The notes under the pieces were generated by a model. The model did not search any database, was not told where the DNA came from, and saw nothing but the letters and a program-made list of their open reading frames with translations. A DNA stretch of 64,000 bases from Octopus sinensis (lineage: Eukaryota), in assembly GCF_006345805.1 (NCBI RefSeq), contig NC_042998.1, forward strand, positions 23,870,001-23,934,000. Reading direction: 5' to 3'. The position numbers were made by a program, and so were the translations under genes. Of this stretch, positions 35,315-48,989 are shown piece by piece (position 1 is the first letter of the stretch; every line of letters begins with the position of its first letter).

Positions 35315-35465
35315 ATCATTATTATTATTATCATAATCATCATCATCATCATTATTATTATTATTATTATTATCATTATTATTATTATTATTATAATTAT
35401 TATTATACTCATCATTGTCATTGTCGTCGTTGTCATCCTCCTCCTCCTCATCATCATTATTATTC
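35228..35465. repeat. (TTA/TCA)n microsatellite
   Basis: Directly visible. Confidence 0.95.
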
Positions 35466-35821
35466 CTTCTTTTGTAGGGTTTATACAATCACTTGCTGAG
35501 CTATTATCTGTGGCCTTGGAGAAGAGATGTTAAGTGAGCGAGTATCTGCTTTCAACTTCCTGCTTAGGCAAGCCATTAAAGCATATTATTGACCAGAAAT
35601 AAAACTGGGCTTTACACATGTATTATTGTGCTGAATATATATGAAGTGTAGCGGTTGTATAAAGCCTATCTAAAATTAGTAGGAAAGGTCTGCTTTTAAG
35701 GTATGTCGTATTAAATTTACAGTTCAACTGAGCAGGCTTTTTATAGTATGTATACAATGCTGATCAATACTATATTTTGAATTTCCTGGAGAGAGGATTT
35801 ACCTGGGATATTACTAAGATC

Positions 35822-36135
35822 TGGAGGCACAATGGCCCAGTGGTTAGGGCAGCGGACTCATGGTCATAGGATCGTGGTTTCGATTGCCAGACCAGGCATT
35901 GTGAGTGTTTATTGAGCGAAAACACCTAAAGCTCCACGAGGCTCCAGCAGAGGATGGTGGCAATTCCTGCTGTACTCTTTCGCCACAACTTTCTCTCACT
36001 CTTTCTTCTGTTGGCTTGCTCGCTTAGCCAGCGGGGTGGCATCTTTCGAAGGCTAAAAACAATGCAAAGCGCATTGTGACCAGCGATGTGTAGCAACATC
36101 TGATAGCCTGGTTGGTCATGTGATCACGTGATTAC
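35822..36135 (+). mobile_element. SINE family C variant
   Basis: ggcacaatggcccagtggttagggcagcggactc head; acacctaaagctccacgaggctcc; different 3' end. Confidence 0.75.
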
Positions 36136-36971
36136 TAAGATATTTCTCACAGCATTTTCTTGTCATATCTATGACAAGTGGGACTGTTTCCATTTTTCAA
36201 GGCCATATGTTTTCAATCTCTATTGAAGGCTGGGACAAAGTATTGAAGGCCGATCTCAAAACGCTGAACCTTACAATGTGGGTGACAAAGGACTGAAATG
36301 TGTGGTGTGTTGCTGTGCTCAAGAAGACCTGCCCACCACAACAGAATCAAGATCCTAATACTAAGGTGCCACATGAAAAGCATTGGTGTAGGTGCTTGTG
36401 CCATGTGAAAAACATTGGTGATGGTACCACATAAAAAAAAAAACCCAGAGCACTCTGCAATAGGTTTGGCATCAGAAAGGGCATTCAGCTGTAGAAACCA
36501 AGCCAAGGCAGACTATGGAACCTGGTGTTCCATAGTGCCAGTTCCGGTCAAGCCATCTAACCCATGCTAGCATGGAAAACAGACATTAAATGATGATGAT
36601 GATAATGATGGTTGTGATGGTGATGATCTCCATACCTTTTGTATTTGCTTAGTTTTACCAGTTCATTACTGATATCTTCTTATCTAACAGACTACTTAAA
36701 CCAATTAACTTGCTAGTTTTTAATTAGTTAACACATTTTTATCTTTCCTATCCTCGATGACATTTGCTCGAATTATCTGTTTTTTTTAGCAACTGAGAAA
36801 TGCCAAAATATTGCTATCACATAATCCAATTCTGGCTTTGGGTGGTGTTCAGACTAGTTGAGGGCCATTTATATTTTGGAATGGTTGCATGACTTCCTGT
36901 GCGGATGTTGGTTTACTCTGTCAGGACAGTTCTTATTTTCCTTTGGTGTCAGTCTCAGACTGATAATTCTG

Positions 36972-37312
36972 TTTCAGCATTTTGGCTTCACATTTTGGCA
37001 AGCTCTTTGAGCATTTTGGCTTCACATTTTGACCAGCTCTTTGAGCATTTTGGCTTCACATTTTGGCCAGCACTTTCAGCATTTTGGCTTCACATTTTGG
37101 CCAGCACTTTCAGCATTTTGGCTTCGCATTTTGGCCAGCTCTTTGAGCATTTTGGCTTCACATTTTGACCAGCTCTTTCAGCATTTTGGCATCGCATTTT
37201 GGCCAGCTCTTTGAGCATTTTGGCTTCACATTTTGACCAGTACTTTCAGCATTTTGGCTTTACATTTTGGCCAACACTTTCAGCATTTGGCTTCAAATTT
37301 TGGCTAGCACTT
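36972..37312. repeat. 34-bp minisatellite, ~10 copies
   Basis: Unit gcattttggcttcacattttggccagcactttca. Confidence 0.9.
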
Positions 37313-37639
37313 TGGGGCAAGGGCATAAGTTGATTACATTGATCCCAGTGCTCAACTGGTATTTATTTTGTTGACCCTGAAAGAATGAAATGCAAAGTCG
37401 ACCTCGGTGGCATTTGAACTCAGAACACAAAACCAGAAGAAATGCTGCTAAGCATCTTTTCTGGTACAATAACAATTCTGCTTGCTCACAGCCTTCTAAT
37501 GTTTCATCATGTTCATCATTGATCATAAAACCTGAATTTTGGGTCTGCACTATTCTTCAAGACAAGGGCTTGGTAGTTTCTGGCAAGCAGGCTTTGATCT
37601 TTTATTGCCAATATGTCAGCTTCTAGTCCTGAACCTCTC

Positions 37640-38450
37640 AGCACGTAACAAACACCATCCGATCGTGGACGTGCCAGCCTCGCCTGGCCGCCGTGCTGGT
37701 GGCACGTAAAAAACACCATCCGAGCGTGGCCGTTCACCAGCCTCGTCTGGCACCTGTGTCGGTGGCACATAAAAAAACACCATCCGAGCATGGCCGTTCG
37801 TCAGCCTCGTCTGGCACCTGTGTCGGTGGCACATAAAAAAACACCATCCGAGCATGGCCGTTCGTCAGCCTCGTCTGGCACCTGTGTCGGTGGCACATAA
37901 AAAAACACCATCCGAGCATGGCCGTTCGTCAGCCTCGTCTGGCACCTGTGTCGGTGGTACATAAAAAAACACCATCCGAGCATGGCCGTTCGTCAGCCTC
38001 GTCTGGCACCTGTGTCGGTGGCACATAAAAAAACACCATCCGAGCATGGCCGTTCGTCAGCCTCGTCTGGCACCTGTGCCGGTGGCACATAAAAAACACC
38101 ATCCGAGTGTGGCCGTTCACCAGCCTCGTCTGGCACCTGTGTCGGTGGCACATAAAAAAACACCATCCGAGCATGGCCGTTCGTCAGCCTCGTCTGGCAC
38201 CTGTGTCGGTGGCACATAAAAAACACCATCCGAGCGTGGCCGTCTGCCAGCCTCGTCTGGCACCTGTGTCGGTGGCACATAAAATCACCCACTACACTCT
38301 CGGAGTGGTTGGCGTTAGGAAGGGCATCCAGCTGTAGAAACACTGCCAGATCTGACTGGCCTGGTGCAGCCTTCGGGCTTCCCAGACACCAGTTGAACCG
38401 TCCAACCCATGCTAGCATGGAAAGCGGACGTTAAATGATGATGATGATGA
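37640..38450 (+). mobile_element. SINE-like family D with nine tandem 62-64-bp internal units
   Basis: cagcctcgtctggcacctgtgtcggtggcacataaaaaaacaccatccgagcatggccgttcgt at ~37739, 37802, 37866, 37930, 37994, 38058, 38121, 38185 and 38248; (GAT)n tail. Confidence 0.92.
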
Positions 38451-38712
38451 CATTGGTATCTTTGCTTTACTGTTAAAATTCTGCCAAAGTTAGCATTGCT
38501 TTTCATTGTTTCAGGGTCAATGAAATAGGACAGCAGTCAAGTACTGAAGTCATTTTAATTCAGGCCTTATGATTATGTTAGAAACAAGTGTTATTCTGCC
38601 ACTTTTATTTAATGTATTGTTTCACTGCACAATTAATTCTAACTCGGTGTGTTTTGTTTTGTATATATGTGTGTGTGTCTTGCATTTACATTAATTACAT
38701 TCAACATTCAAT

Positions 38713-38878
38713 AGGCGCAGGAGTGGCTGTGTGGTAAGTAGCTTGCTTACCAACCACATGGTTCCGGGTTCAGTCCCACTGCGTGGCATCTTGGGCAAGT
38801 GTCTTCTGCTATAGCCCCGGGCCAACCAATGCCTTGTGAGTGGATTTGGTAGACGGAAACTGAAAGAAGCCTGTCGTA

Positions 38879-38923
<45 letters not shown>

Positions 38924-39145
38924 ATATGTTAGTGTGTCTGTGTTTGTCCCCCTAGCATTGCTTGACAACCGATGCTGGTGTGTTTACGTCCCCATCACTT
39001 AGCAGTTCGGCAAAAGAGACCGATAGAATAAGTACTGGGCTTACAAAAAGAATAAGTCCCGGGGTCGAGTTGCTTGACTAAAGGTGGTGCTCCAGCATGG
39101 CCGCAGTCAAGTGACTGAAACAAGTAAAAGAATAAAAGAGTAAAG
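38713..39145 (+). mobile_element. SINE family A, young full-length copy
   Basis: aggcgcaggagtggctgtgtgg...gaaacaagtaaaagaataaaagag. Confidence 0.92.
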
Positions 39146-39174
39146 AGATATTTGTCCTCATCTTGTTTGTTGTT

Positions 39175-39220
39175 AACACAATGTTTCAGCTGACATACCC
39201 TCCAGCCTTCTTCAGGTGTC
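39175..39220 (-). ncRNA. Degenerate PLE-type minimal hammerhead
   Basis: GACAC CTGAAGA A GGCTG..CAGCT GAAAC ATT GTGTT; lies 3' of the GIY-YIG remnant on the same strand. Confidence 0.5.
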
Positions 39221-39409
39221 TTGGGAAAATTTCGAACGTGGGTTCTCATTCCTATGGTATTTTCGAGGTGGTTGTTGTTATTGTTATTATTATTATTATT
39301 ATTATTCAGGTCACTGCTTGGAATCAAACTCGGAATCTTGGTGTTAGTAGCCCACGCTCTTAACCACTACGCCATATTCCCCTTGGCAATTATGGAGTGA
39401 ATTTTAGGG

Positions 39410-39830
39410 CTTATAAATCTAATATTTTCCTATCCTTCCTTAATACCGGTTCCCATATGCTGTTCATATCTGCACTCAGTCTGCTTAGGAGGTTGCTGTG
39501 TCCTAGCATATGTGCTGCTTCTTTTAGTTTCCGTATTTTCCAGTGGTGTTCTCTGCCTATTATCTTAACTTCATCCCACAGGGGGAGGTGGTCTCCATTT
39601 TTCCATACCTGGTCAGCTATACCTGATTTATCAATATCTCCTCATGTCACAGCTTTTCGATGTTCGTCTACCCTTATTTTGATGGGGGCAGCACGTTTCG
39701 GCTTTGTATATATAACCTACCACAGCTGCATGGGATGGAGTACATGCATTCTTTGGTCATGTTCTCTTCTATGGGTGGTTTTACCCAAAGGAGATATTTG
39801 TGAAGAGTTGTATTACTTATTGCACTAAGC
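39410..39830 (-). pseudogene. Penelope-like element GIY-YIG endonuclease remnant
   Basis: CMYSIPCSCGRLY..ETC.P.KIRVDEHRKAV..GDIDKSGIADQVWKNGDHLPLWDEVKII.REHHWKIRKLKEAAHM, with frameshifts. Confidence 0.85.
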
Positions 39831-40251
39831 ATAGCAAAAGCTATGCTTAGTGCAATATGTGTGTTGTTGATGTTGTAGTTGTTTATCCCCAAATCAACTC
39901 TCATGAAGCAGATCTATTATCAAGAACATACCTGATGTTAATTATCTTCCCCACCTCACTTACACAGCACATTAAGGACCATATTATACAATGTGTCCTT
40001 TCTTAAAATGGCAGAGGGTGATTTAAAGAATATTCAGCTGATCAAGAAGGCTTATATGATCAAAGATATTATACCTGGGATCATCTTATCTTTTAAAATT
40101 TATCTTAGAATACATTATCCCATGTCTTCTTCCCTTTTCAAAGATGTTGGGGTGTGATTTGAGAGAGATTTGGCTACTAATTAAAGCAGGTCAATTAATC
40201 ATATACAGGCTTCCTCGTTGACTCAAGTATGGTAATATGATATGTACTTGG

Positions 40252-40655
40252 AAGGCAGCGAGCTGGCAGAATCGTTAGCATGCCGGGCGAAATGCTCAGC
40301 AATATTTCATCTGCCATTACGTTCTGAGTTCAAATTCTGCCGAGGTCGACTTTGCCTTTCATCCTTTCAGGGTTGATTAAATAAGTACCAGTTATGCACT
40401 GGGGTCAATAAAATCGACTTAATCCATTTGTCTGTCCTTGTTTGTCCTCTCTGTGTTTAGCCCCTTGTGGGTAGTAAAGAAATGGGTATTTCATCTGAGT
40501 TCAAATTCCGCCAAGTTCGGCTTTGCCTTTCATCCTTTCAGAGTCGATTAAATAAGTACCAGTTATGCACTGGGGTTGATATAATCGACTTAATCCGTTT
40601 GTCTGTCCTTGTTTGTTCTCTCTGTGTTTAGCCCCCTGTGGGCAATAAAGAAATA
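40252..40655 (+). mobile_element. SINE family B, partial tandem dimer
   Basis: ggcagcgagctggcagaatcgttagc head; Nin/Deu-like domain present twice. Confidence 0.85.
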
Positions 40656-40899
40656 GGTAATATGATATGTACTTGGCAGCCAATGAAAAATCCGCCTTAT
40701 TAAATATTGCTACCAAATCTCCCTCATACTGCAGACTACTAACTTGAAGAAGCGATACATTAGATAATGCAGCCCAAAATTCATTATGAACAAAACTCCC
40801 TTCTCTCCAAGAAAAAGAAAAGCAATAAAAAAGACGGGAATGACTACAAATGAAATACCTTCCATCATAGGTTTTATTTGATCTAGGCTAACCTGGTAC

Positions 40900-41330
40900 T
40901 AAGCATTTGTAAATTATTTGAATCTGTATCTATTGAGATTTTGGTCACATATTTATCTGTTGGTTTTCCTGATCATGCCTTATGCACCAATTATTATGTA
41001 GGATTATTTCTGCTTTCGGGCTTCCACATTTTTGATATCTTTATATTTCATTAATTTCCTCTCCAGTTCTTCTCAAGATATGTTGCTGTCAACTGGGATT
41101 TATATATATCGATCAAGAGAAAGATGATCTTAGATATTTGATGATAATATCCACGCAATCTGCCTCAGTTCTTTCACAAACATTTAGCATTTTCACCACT
41201 TGGTTGCCATATTTTTAGAAATGATATATTATCATTTTAGATTTTGTTTTTACAACACATCATCAGTTCGGTCTTTCTCACTTTAAGTAGTTGCAGCATT
41301 CTATAAATATTCTCATTTCTTCAATATCTT
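40900..41330 (-). mobile_element. Highly degraded R4/Dong-type endonuclease fragment
   Basis: Reverse translation gives IPVDSNIS*EELERKLMKYKDIK...IIIGA*GMI. Confidence 0.5.
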
Positions 41331-43929
41331 TGTAAGAAAATATTTTAAGAGTTTTCAGGAAAATAAAATTAATATGCCAAAATTTAATAGTTGAATTTGT
41401 ATTAAAGAAATGAAAGAAATTAAACAGAGTTACAATTTCATAAAAATACATTTGTTTCTTTTTCTTTTTTAATTTTTTTTTTTGTAACTATTATTAAGAA
41501 TTATGAGAATTGCATTTGTTTTAAACTACTCAACATAATTCTCTGTGTAGCTCACAATATAATATAATACTGTTTGCTTTTTCCAAAAATTTTGATTGAA
41601 TTTTTCATCTTTTCCTCAAACTACTAATACAAGATTTATGTGACATTTTCTCTTTATTCGTTTAGCACATCTTTTCTTTAGACCATGGTTATTTAAATAG
41701 TTTCCATGAGATTAATCATTATGCAGCTCCTGTTGATTATATTGACCAACATATTTTTGCTTCTGTCAGCAACACTAAGTCAATAATCTAAAGGCTGAAT
41801 TATTGACTTTGCCAATTTTCAGAATGAACATCAATATTCTTTGTCAGTAACCTTAAACTGATAACCAAGCAATATAATTTGTATGTGCAATTCATATTAA
41901 CTTTACTCAGCAGTGCTAAAATATTGGTAATTTATAGGTGATAAGAAAATTGACAGTAAAAGCCAAAAGGTGAAATGAGTTGAATGTTATATCCCTTAAT
42001 ATTTTATATGGTTCTAAATTTTTTTTATTAATGTTTTTATAATTTCGCTTTATAAAAATCATTATTTCCCATGGAATCTAAACAAAATTTATTCAGTTTT
42101 TCATACGAGTTGTATTTATTATGCAAATAAATTGGGCAACCATCTTGAAAGCTGTATCTGTTTATGCACTATTCTACTAGCATCACCTTGGTACTTCTAC
42201 TTCATAGAGACCTCTTTTTATTCCATTAGCTCATTCCATTCTTCATAATGTTGCAGAGACTGACAATTAACTAACCATTCATTCTGTTCCAATGCATTAA
42301 GGAGTTTTCTGTGTTGTATAATCATCAATAGGAACGTTCATTGCTCACATGCATTATCATTTATCACATGATCTATAATTTATCACATAGCATGTAGCAA
42401 TTTCAAGAATTGATTAATAATTTTTTTCCTTCCTTTAGAGCTGGTAGAATTTATCTTATTATTGCCATTACTCTACTTCCTTTAAAAGGTTTCTATGGAG
42501 AAAAAAAATAAAAATAAAAAACCCCTGAATATTGTTATATATACTGTAAACATAGCTGTGGATGATATTTGGCATCTATTAGTGTAACACCTTTTTCATA
42601 GTATATACAAATAGTAAATTATAACTTACATGTAACCATGGTGACTGTGAACAAGTTAATGTGATTGAAAGAAAATATTTTTTGCTATTGTGAATTATCA
42701 AATCATCAATAAAATGGAGAGGGAATATAGATTGTCAGATTCACTGCATTTACATTTCAACAGAAATTATTTTTCTCTCTTAATTTTTATTGAATATTTC
42801 TGCTAGAAATTTCATAAAATGCTGATAAAGACAAAATTCTAGAAACTGATTTCTAAGTAATTTATTGTTATGAAAAAAGCAAAATAAATAATAAAATAAA
42901 ATAGAAATAAAAGAATGATAAACTTCAGATTTATTTTATTTAGTAATATTTCAAAATGTACCAAATAAACTGAAGTTCTTACAGCCTTATTCTTTGATTA
43001 AAATGTAAATTTTAATATTTCTGTTTTTTTTCAGAAATTACTCATATTTTAGTTTAAATTCAAAGATTTAGTAATTCTCAAATTTCACAGCCTTTATCAT
43101 GTTTTTTTTTTGAACTCTGTATGTGAAATTTTTCCTTAATTCTCATTTTCTATTTTACGCACACATATGCTCAAACAGATATATATGTATATACACACAA
43201 TGTATACATATGTGTGTATTTGTGTGTGTGTGTGCACGTGTGCTGTGTGTGTTGCGTGTGTATATTTGTTAGAATGATTAATTGAATTGGTTGTCTCTTT
43301 GATTTTGTTCACCATTTGTTGTTGGTGAATAAATGGTTTTAACGCTAGCATTGACACAAGGCTATAGCAGCCATTATTCAAAATGTAGGATGTAACTCTA
43401 TCTGGCAAGCTTGCTATTCTATTACAATCTTATTTGTTGTTAATTTTTGTTTTTTATAATTTATCATTTATATATTTTTTCTAACTAGAAAACTCAGTAT
43501 AACATTAAAAAAAAAAAAAATAATGATAAGATAGCTTCAGGTTATAGTTATATTATGGAGATCATCTGATTATTTTTTTCTCAGCATCCTTTTAAAACTG
43601 AATCTATTTTTTAAAAACACGTTTCACTGAGTTTTTTTTATATATCCCCACAAATTATACTTCTAGAATTAAAGGTGTTGAAAATGTCACAATAATAGTA
43701 AGATTTTCAATTCTGTTTTATTATATGATAATTTTGATAGCGAAGGTGAATATTTCATAAACGAGAATATTTATCTTGTCATCCTTACATCATTTTCTAT
43801 ATAAATACATAATCTATTGTTGATTACTAAATGTAAATTTTGATAACAAAAACCAACCTTACAAGCTAAGATTAAAAATCAAATTCATTTAATTAATTGA
43901 CATTGAAACATATTTTATAGCAAAGCTTG

Positions 43930-43979
43930 CTCTGTGTGTGTGTATACATACATATATATACATACATACATACATACAC

Positions 43980-44011
<32 letters not shown>

Positions 44012-44015
44012 TATA

Positions 44016-44097
<82 letters not shown>

Positions 44098-45151
44098 ATA
44101 TATATATATGTATATATATATATATTATATATATATATATATATAATATATCTGTATATATATATGCATACACACACATATGCATGTCTTTGAAAAGTTG
44201 TAATATGCTAGCATGAAAGTCTGAATACAGAGCTCATATTTTTTGTAAAGGAAAGGAAAGATTTACATTAATCATAGTTCCAAAAATATAATTATTCATG
44301 ACCGACTGTAAACAGCAAAATAATAGTAATAGTAATAATAACGATGACGATAGCAACAATAGTGATGATGATGATGATGATAATAATAATAATAATAATA
44401 ACAATGATGATAATAATAAGAATAATGATAATAATAATGATGATAATAATAATAACAACATGTTTAAGAATTCTAATACTGTTTGATATTGGAAAATGTT
44501 TAATATATTGCTTCATTGCAAATATGGTGACAAATTTTCACTTTCATTTCTTGTATTCAACAGCATCTGTTATTGATCTTTTCCCTTTGAAAATGGTTCC
44601 AGGCTTGGTTGATTTAGGAGTGAATTAGACACCATATATGCTAATATGATCAAATACACCCAAGATTAAGATCATTGCATGCATATACATACATACATAT
44701 ATATGTATGTACATGTGTTTCTATAATATATATATATATGTGTGTATATATATATATGTATGTAAACATGTGTTTGTATGTATGTACGTATGTATGTATA
44801 CATGTGTTTTATGTATGTGTGTGTGTGGGTGTGGATGTGCATATGTATGTATATGGTTTAAATGCTTTTTGCTCAGATACAATAAAAATGAAACATAAAC
44901 TGAAGCTAGCTTTGTAATTTTTCCATATCCATAGGAACACAAATAAACACAGTATAGTACAATCATATATACATACATGTGTGTGTGGGTGTGGGTGTGT
45001 CTGTATGTTTGTGCATATATGTGTGTGTGTGTGTGTGTGTCTGTATGTTTGTGCATATATGTGTGTGTGTGTGTATGCGTGTACATATATTTGTGTGTGT
45101 GTGTATGTGTGTGCATATGTATATATATGTGTGTGTATGTGTGTGCATATG

Positions 45152-45209
<58 letters not shown>

Positions 45210-45520
45210 TTGTGTGTGTGCATATATGTGTGTGTGTGTGTGTGCATATATATGTGTGTGTGTGTGTGTGCATATATAAGTGTGTGTCTGTATATGAGTG
45301 CATATATATGTGTATGTGTGTGTCTGTGCATGTCTGTATGTGTGTGCATATATATGTGTGTGTGTGTGTGTGCATATGTGTTAGTGCATATATATACATA
45401 TATGTGTGTGTGTGTGCATATATATATATATGCAACATGTATATATGTGCATGCATATACATGTGCATATACACACACATACACATGCAAGCACACACTC
45501 ACTCACTCACACACACACAC
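43930..45520. repeat. Block of microsatellites ((TA)n, (AAT/GAT)n, (TG/TA)n)
   Basis: Directly visible; source of many spurious ORFs. Confidence 0.9.
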
Positions 45521-46744
45521 TTGTACAAGGTTTTTAATTTGATACAAGAGAACTTGTTCAGATCTTTAATGCCAGTGTGTTGTATACGAAGAATATTGGC
45601 CATGTCAGATTTGATTCTTTTATGCTTTCAATGATGTTCCTTAATAAATACTACATGTGATCTTTCTTTTATAATACTTCTTAATCCTAACAGTTGACAG
45701 TTTACCAAGCATATTTTATCAAGTTGCTCGTTTTTCACGTAATTGCATTACCAAGCTATTCATACTCGGGTTTTATTTCAAAACAATGCAATTGTTTTTT
45801 AAGTAGATTCTCATTTCTTTTCTCCATTCTCTACTTCATAACACATATTATGTTGACAATCTTGTCCTTTGTCACTATCATTACATTCACTTGCTAACTT
45901 TATTATAGGTTTTATATTTTCATTTTCTTCCTTGTATGGATTATACAGGTCTAATTTTCCTGTTTTTCCTTCAACGTGTTGTTTACCTCCTTTTCTTCAA
46001 TTTTCACCTTTTTTTTTTTTTTTACTATTTGATTCTTACATTTTTATGTAGATCAGATGACTACATTTTTTTAAAGACATTTTTTTTTAACAAATTTCAT
46101 CATAAACCTATAACATCCAGATTCACAATGACTATTCTCTATTATTATATATCCATAACACTTTCAATATTTTCCTTCAGAAACAACTCCTCCACTCTCC
46201 CTTCCTAACTCCCGGTGACCTTATTCTTTAGAATATACTATACCTATAATTTAAAACTACCGTCTCATAACAAACAGACTCCTAAAATATGTCTTCATTC
46301 TTTCTCGTAGTGGTTTTGCAAGATAGAATAAGAATGAGAAAAGTTAAACTGATGTATGTTGTGTATTAATCTGCATATTCTAGATTGTGGAGGAACCGTT
46401 TGCTTTTCTGAGGATTTATTTTCTTTTATTCATTATTGATTTTTTCTTACTGGCATAAAGTGAATTCTTCTGCAGTAAAACATTCTCAACAATTGTTTAA
46501 AGGCAGCACTTACTTTTTTTTTTCTGTTTTGTAATAACTTAATCTCATTTATAAACTTGGTAAGAAAACTAAAATTTGTGTAATTCACCTTCACTAACAT
46601 CACAAAACAATTTTTATAGCCTGTCCTAGAATTGAGTTTCTAACCTTGATCTCTCTTTTTTTGTTTTTTTTTCCCCTATTTATTCTTGTCTTTATAGTTT
46701 CATCTTAGCTTAGTGTCTTAAACACTTCATTATTAGATCACAGG

Positions 46745-46975
46745 AAAGGCGGCGAGCTTGGCAGAATCGTTAGCATGCTGGATGAAATGCTTAGTGGTAT
46801 TTCGTCTGCCATTACGTTCTGGGTTCAAATTCTGCCGAGGTTGACTTTGCCTTTCATCCTTTCGGGGTCGATAAATTAAGTACCAGTTACACACTGGGGT
46901 CGATGTACTCAACTTAAACCGTTTGTCTGTCCTTGTTTGTTCCCTCTGTATTTGGCCCCTTGTGGGTAGTAAAAA
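46745..46975 (+). mobile_element. SINE family B with apparent TSD
   Basis: cattattagatcacaggaaa occurs immediately before and after the element. Confidence 0.85.
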
Positions 46976-48234
46976 AACATTATTAGATCACAGGAAAACA
47001 GTTAAGAATTTTTGCATTCAAGGAGCGAATATTGTTCACCATGATTATTTCTTAAATTTAGGCACAAGGCCAACACTTGGTGGGAAGTGAGTCACATGAT
47101 CAAATCACCTCCAGGACTTAACTGATACTTTATCGACTCCAACATGATGTAAGGTGAAATTGAACTCTGCAGGATTTCGACTCAGAACAAGAGCCAGAAC
47201 AACAAAGAACCAGAAGAAATACTGCAAGGCATTTTTGCTGAGGCTTTAACGATTCTGCCAATCCACAGACTTTGCCAATATTTTTTTTACAAAACTTTTG
47301 AATAGTTTTAGTTCTTGTGTCTTTAATAGTACAATATCTTGATCTGAAAGCCAATCCCAGTTATATAATAAACAACGTTGCTCTATAAAAGATAGCAGAC
47401 ATTATTTTGCATAAACTTATTTAAGAATTATTATGTTCTTGTGATCAGAGCAATATATTTACATATTCTTTTGTAAGAGAAATGACAAACTAATACATAT
47501 GGAGATTCTACAAATTGTCATAGAGGTGAGAGTTACCATGCCTATTGCACATCCATTTATCTCTCTAACAGTCCTGTCTTGATAATAATGGCTGTAAGAT
47601 ATGAGAATCTGCCGGTGACAAATAGAATGCTGTCTTACAATGTAATTCATTGATGAAGTATGTATATTCTGACCAAGAAAGCTTTTCTTATTTAAACTCA
47701 AGAATCTGAGGAAACTAACTCGGGTATGTATCAGTAAAAATCAGTTCACAAAAGTTATAAGAATGGATAATGTTAGTGTGCTGCTAAAAGAAGAAAGATT
47801 TCTATGTAATTTCGTTTTTCAATGTAATATTCCAGTGATTACTAATGCTCATCTCTTGCCTTGTCACCAGTATTCTAAGCTACTGAATTTCCAAATTCTA
47901 ATTTCTGAAACAAAGAAGGACTGAGAATCAATGACCATCTAAAAGAAGTTGAATGTCAGATAATTCAGGACCAGATAACAAAATGCAGAAACAAAGTTCT
48001 ATATCTTTATTATCCTGATCTGTGTCCATAACCAATTTCATTCACAGTAATCGGAATAACACTTTCAGCTTTAGAACATTAGGTTTAACTATGTCATTGG
48101 TGGTTGGTTTATTTAGGGTTTTGTTTATTTGAGTTCATGCAAGTTATCCTCAATATCGTTATGATTTATTACTATCCTTAAATCCTTGAAAATGTTTCGG
48201 CCCGAAGGCTGCGGCCATGCTGGGGCACCACCAT

Positions 48235-48500
48235 TGAATGAGCTACACTAGTATGTGAAGCTACCTCTGATACGTGGCACCTGATCAACAAGGGAGTTCG
48301 ACACCGCTGCCCACATCTGTGTTTCCTGCTGAGAGCTAGGTTCATCCAGAACCCCTGCCAAGAAGAGATCCAGTTTAGTTTTAAAGAAACCCACATCCAC
48401 ACCATGCAGGTCTCTCAGGCATTTAGGAAGGATATTAAAGAGCTGTGGTCCCCTGAAACCCAAGCTGTTGCAGTATCTGGTCCTGTATTTCGATGGTGAT
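48235..48500 (-). mobile_element. L2/CR1-type LINE 3' end (RT C-terminus)
   Basis: FRGPQLFNILPKCLRDLHGVDVGFFKTKLDLFL.GV.DEP...SNSLVDQV. Confidence 0.75.
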
Positions 48501-48989
48501 ATTATATATTTAATCTGGAAGAATTATTTACCATATATATTAATAATTTTGATTTTTGTGAGAGGATTTAGTAAGATTATGTTATGTAAGTCAAAAAATT
48601 GTTTGGCAAAAACGAATAACCAGTAGACAAGATCTAATGGCATAAACATATTCTAATGAGTCTGCATTCTGAGACTCTGTTGTCTTTAGAAAACTTCTAT
48701 ATTTTAGACAATAACTGCTAGATAATTGTCACCATTCAACAGTGTTACTCATTCACTTGAAGGAGATTATATATCCATCAGAAAGTACATATGTACTTAG
48801 TTTGCTTTTCCTGTGAATCAAGTCTGGTTGTGACTAAAGATGAAGAAAGACAGGTGATAAACTGCACCATCAGAGAAACTGTTGACATAATGAGAAAGTA
48901 TGACACTTTTATTTGCTAACACTAAATAATGATTGCATCACTTGACATGTGAACAATAGCCATTGCAATATATATATATATATCCTCAT

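Noticed and set aside
37730-38285. Regular ~64-bp repeats resembling a CRISPR array
   Set aside because: Units are contiguous with no unique spacers, lie inside a eukaryotic SINE, and there are no cas genes
45550-46210. Possible degraded CR1/L2 endonuclease-RT on the minus strand
   Set aside because: Only vague residue similarity with many stops; too weak to call
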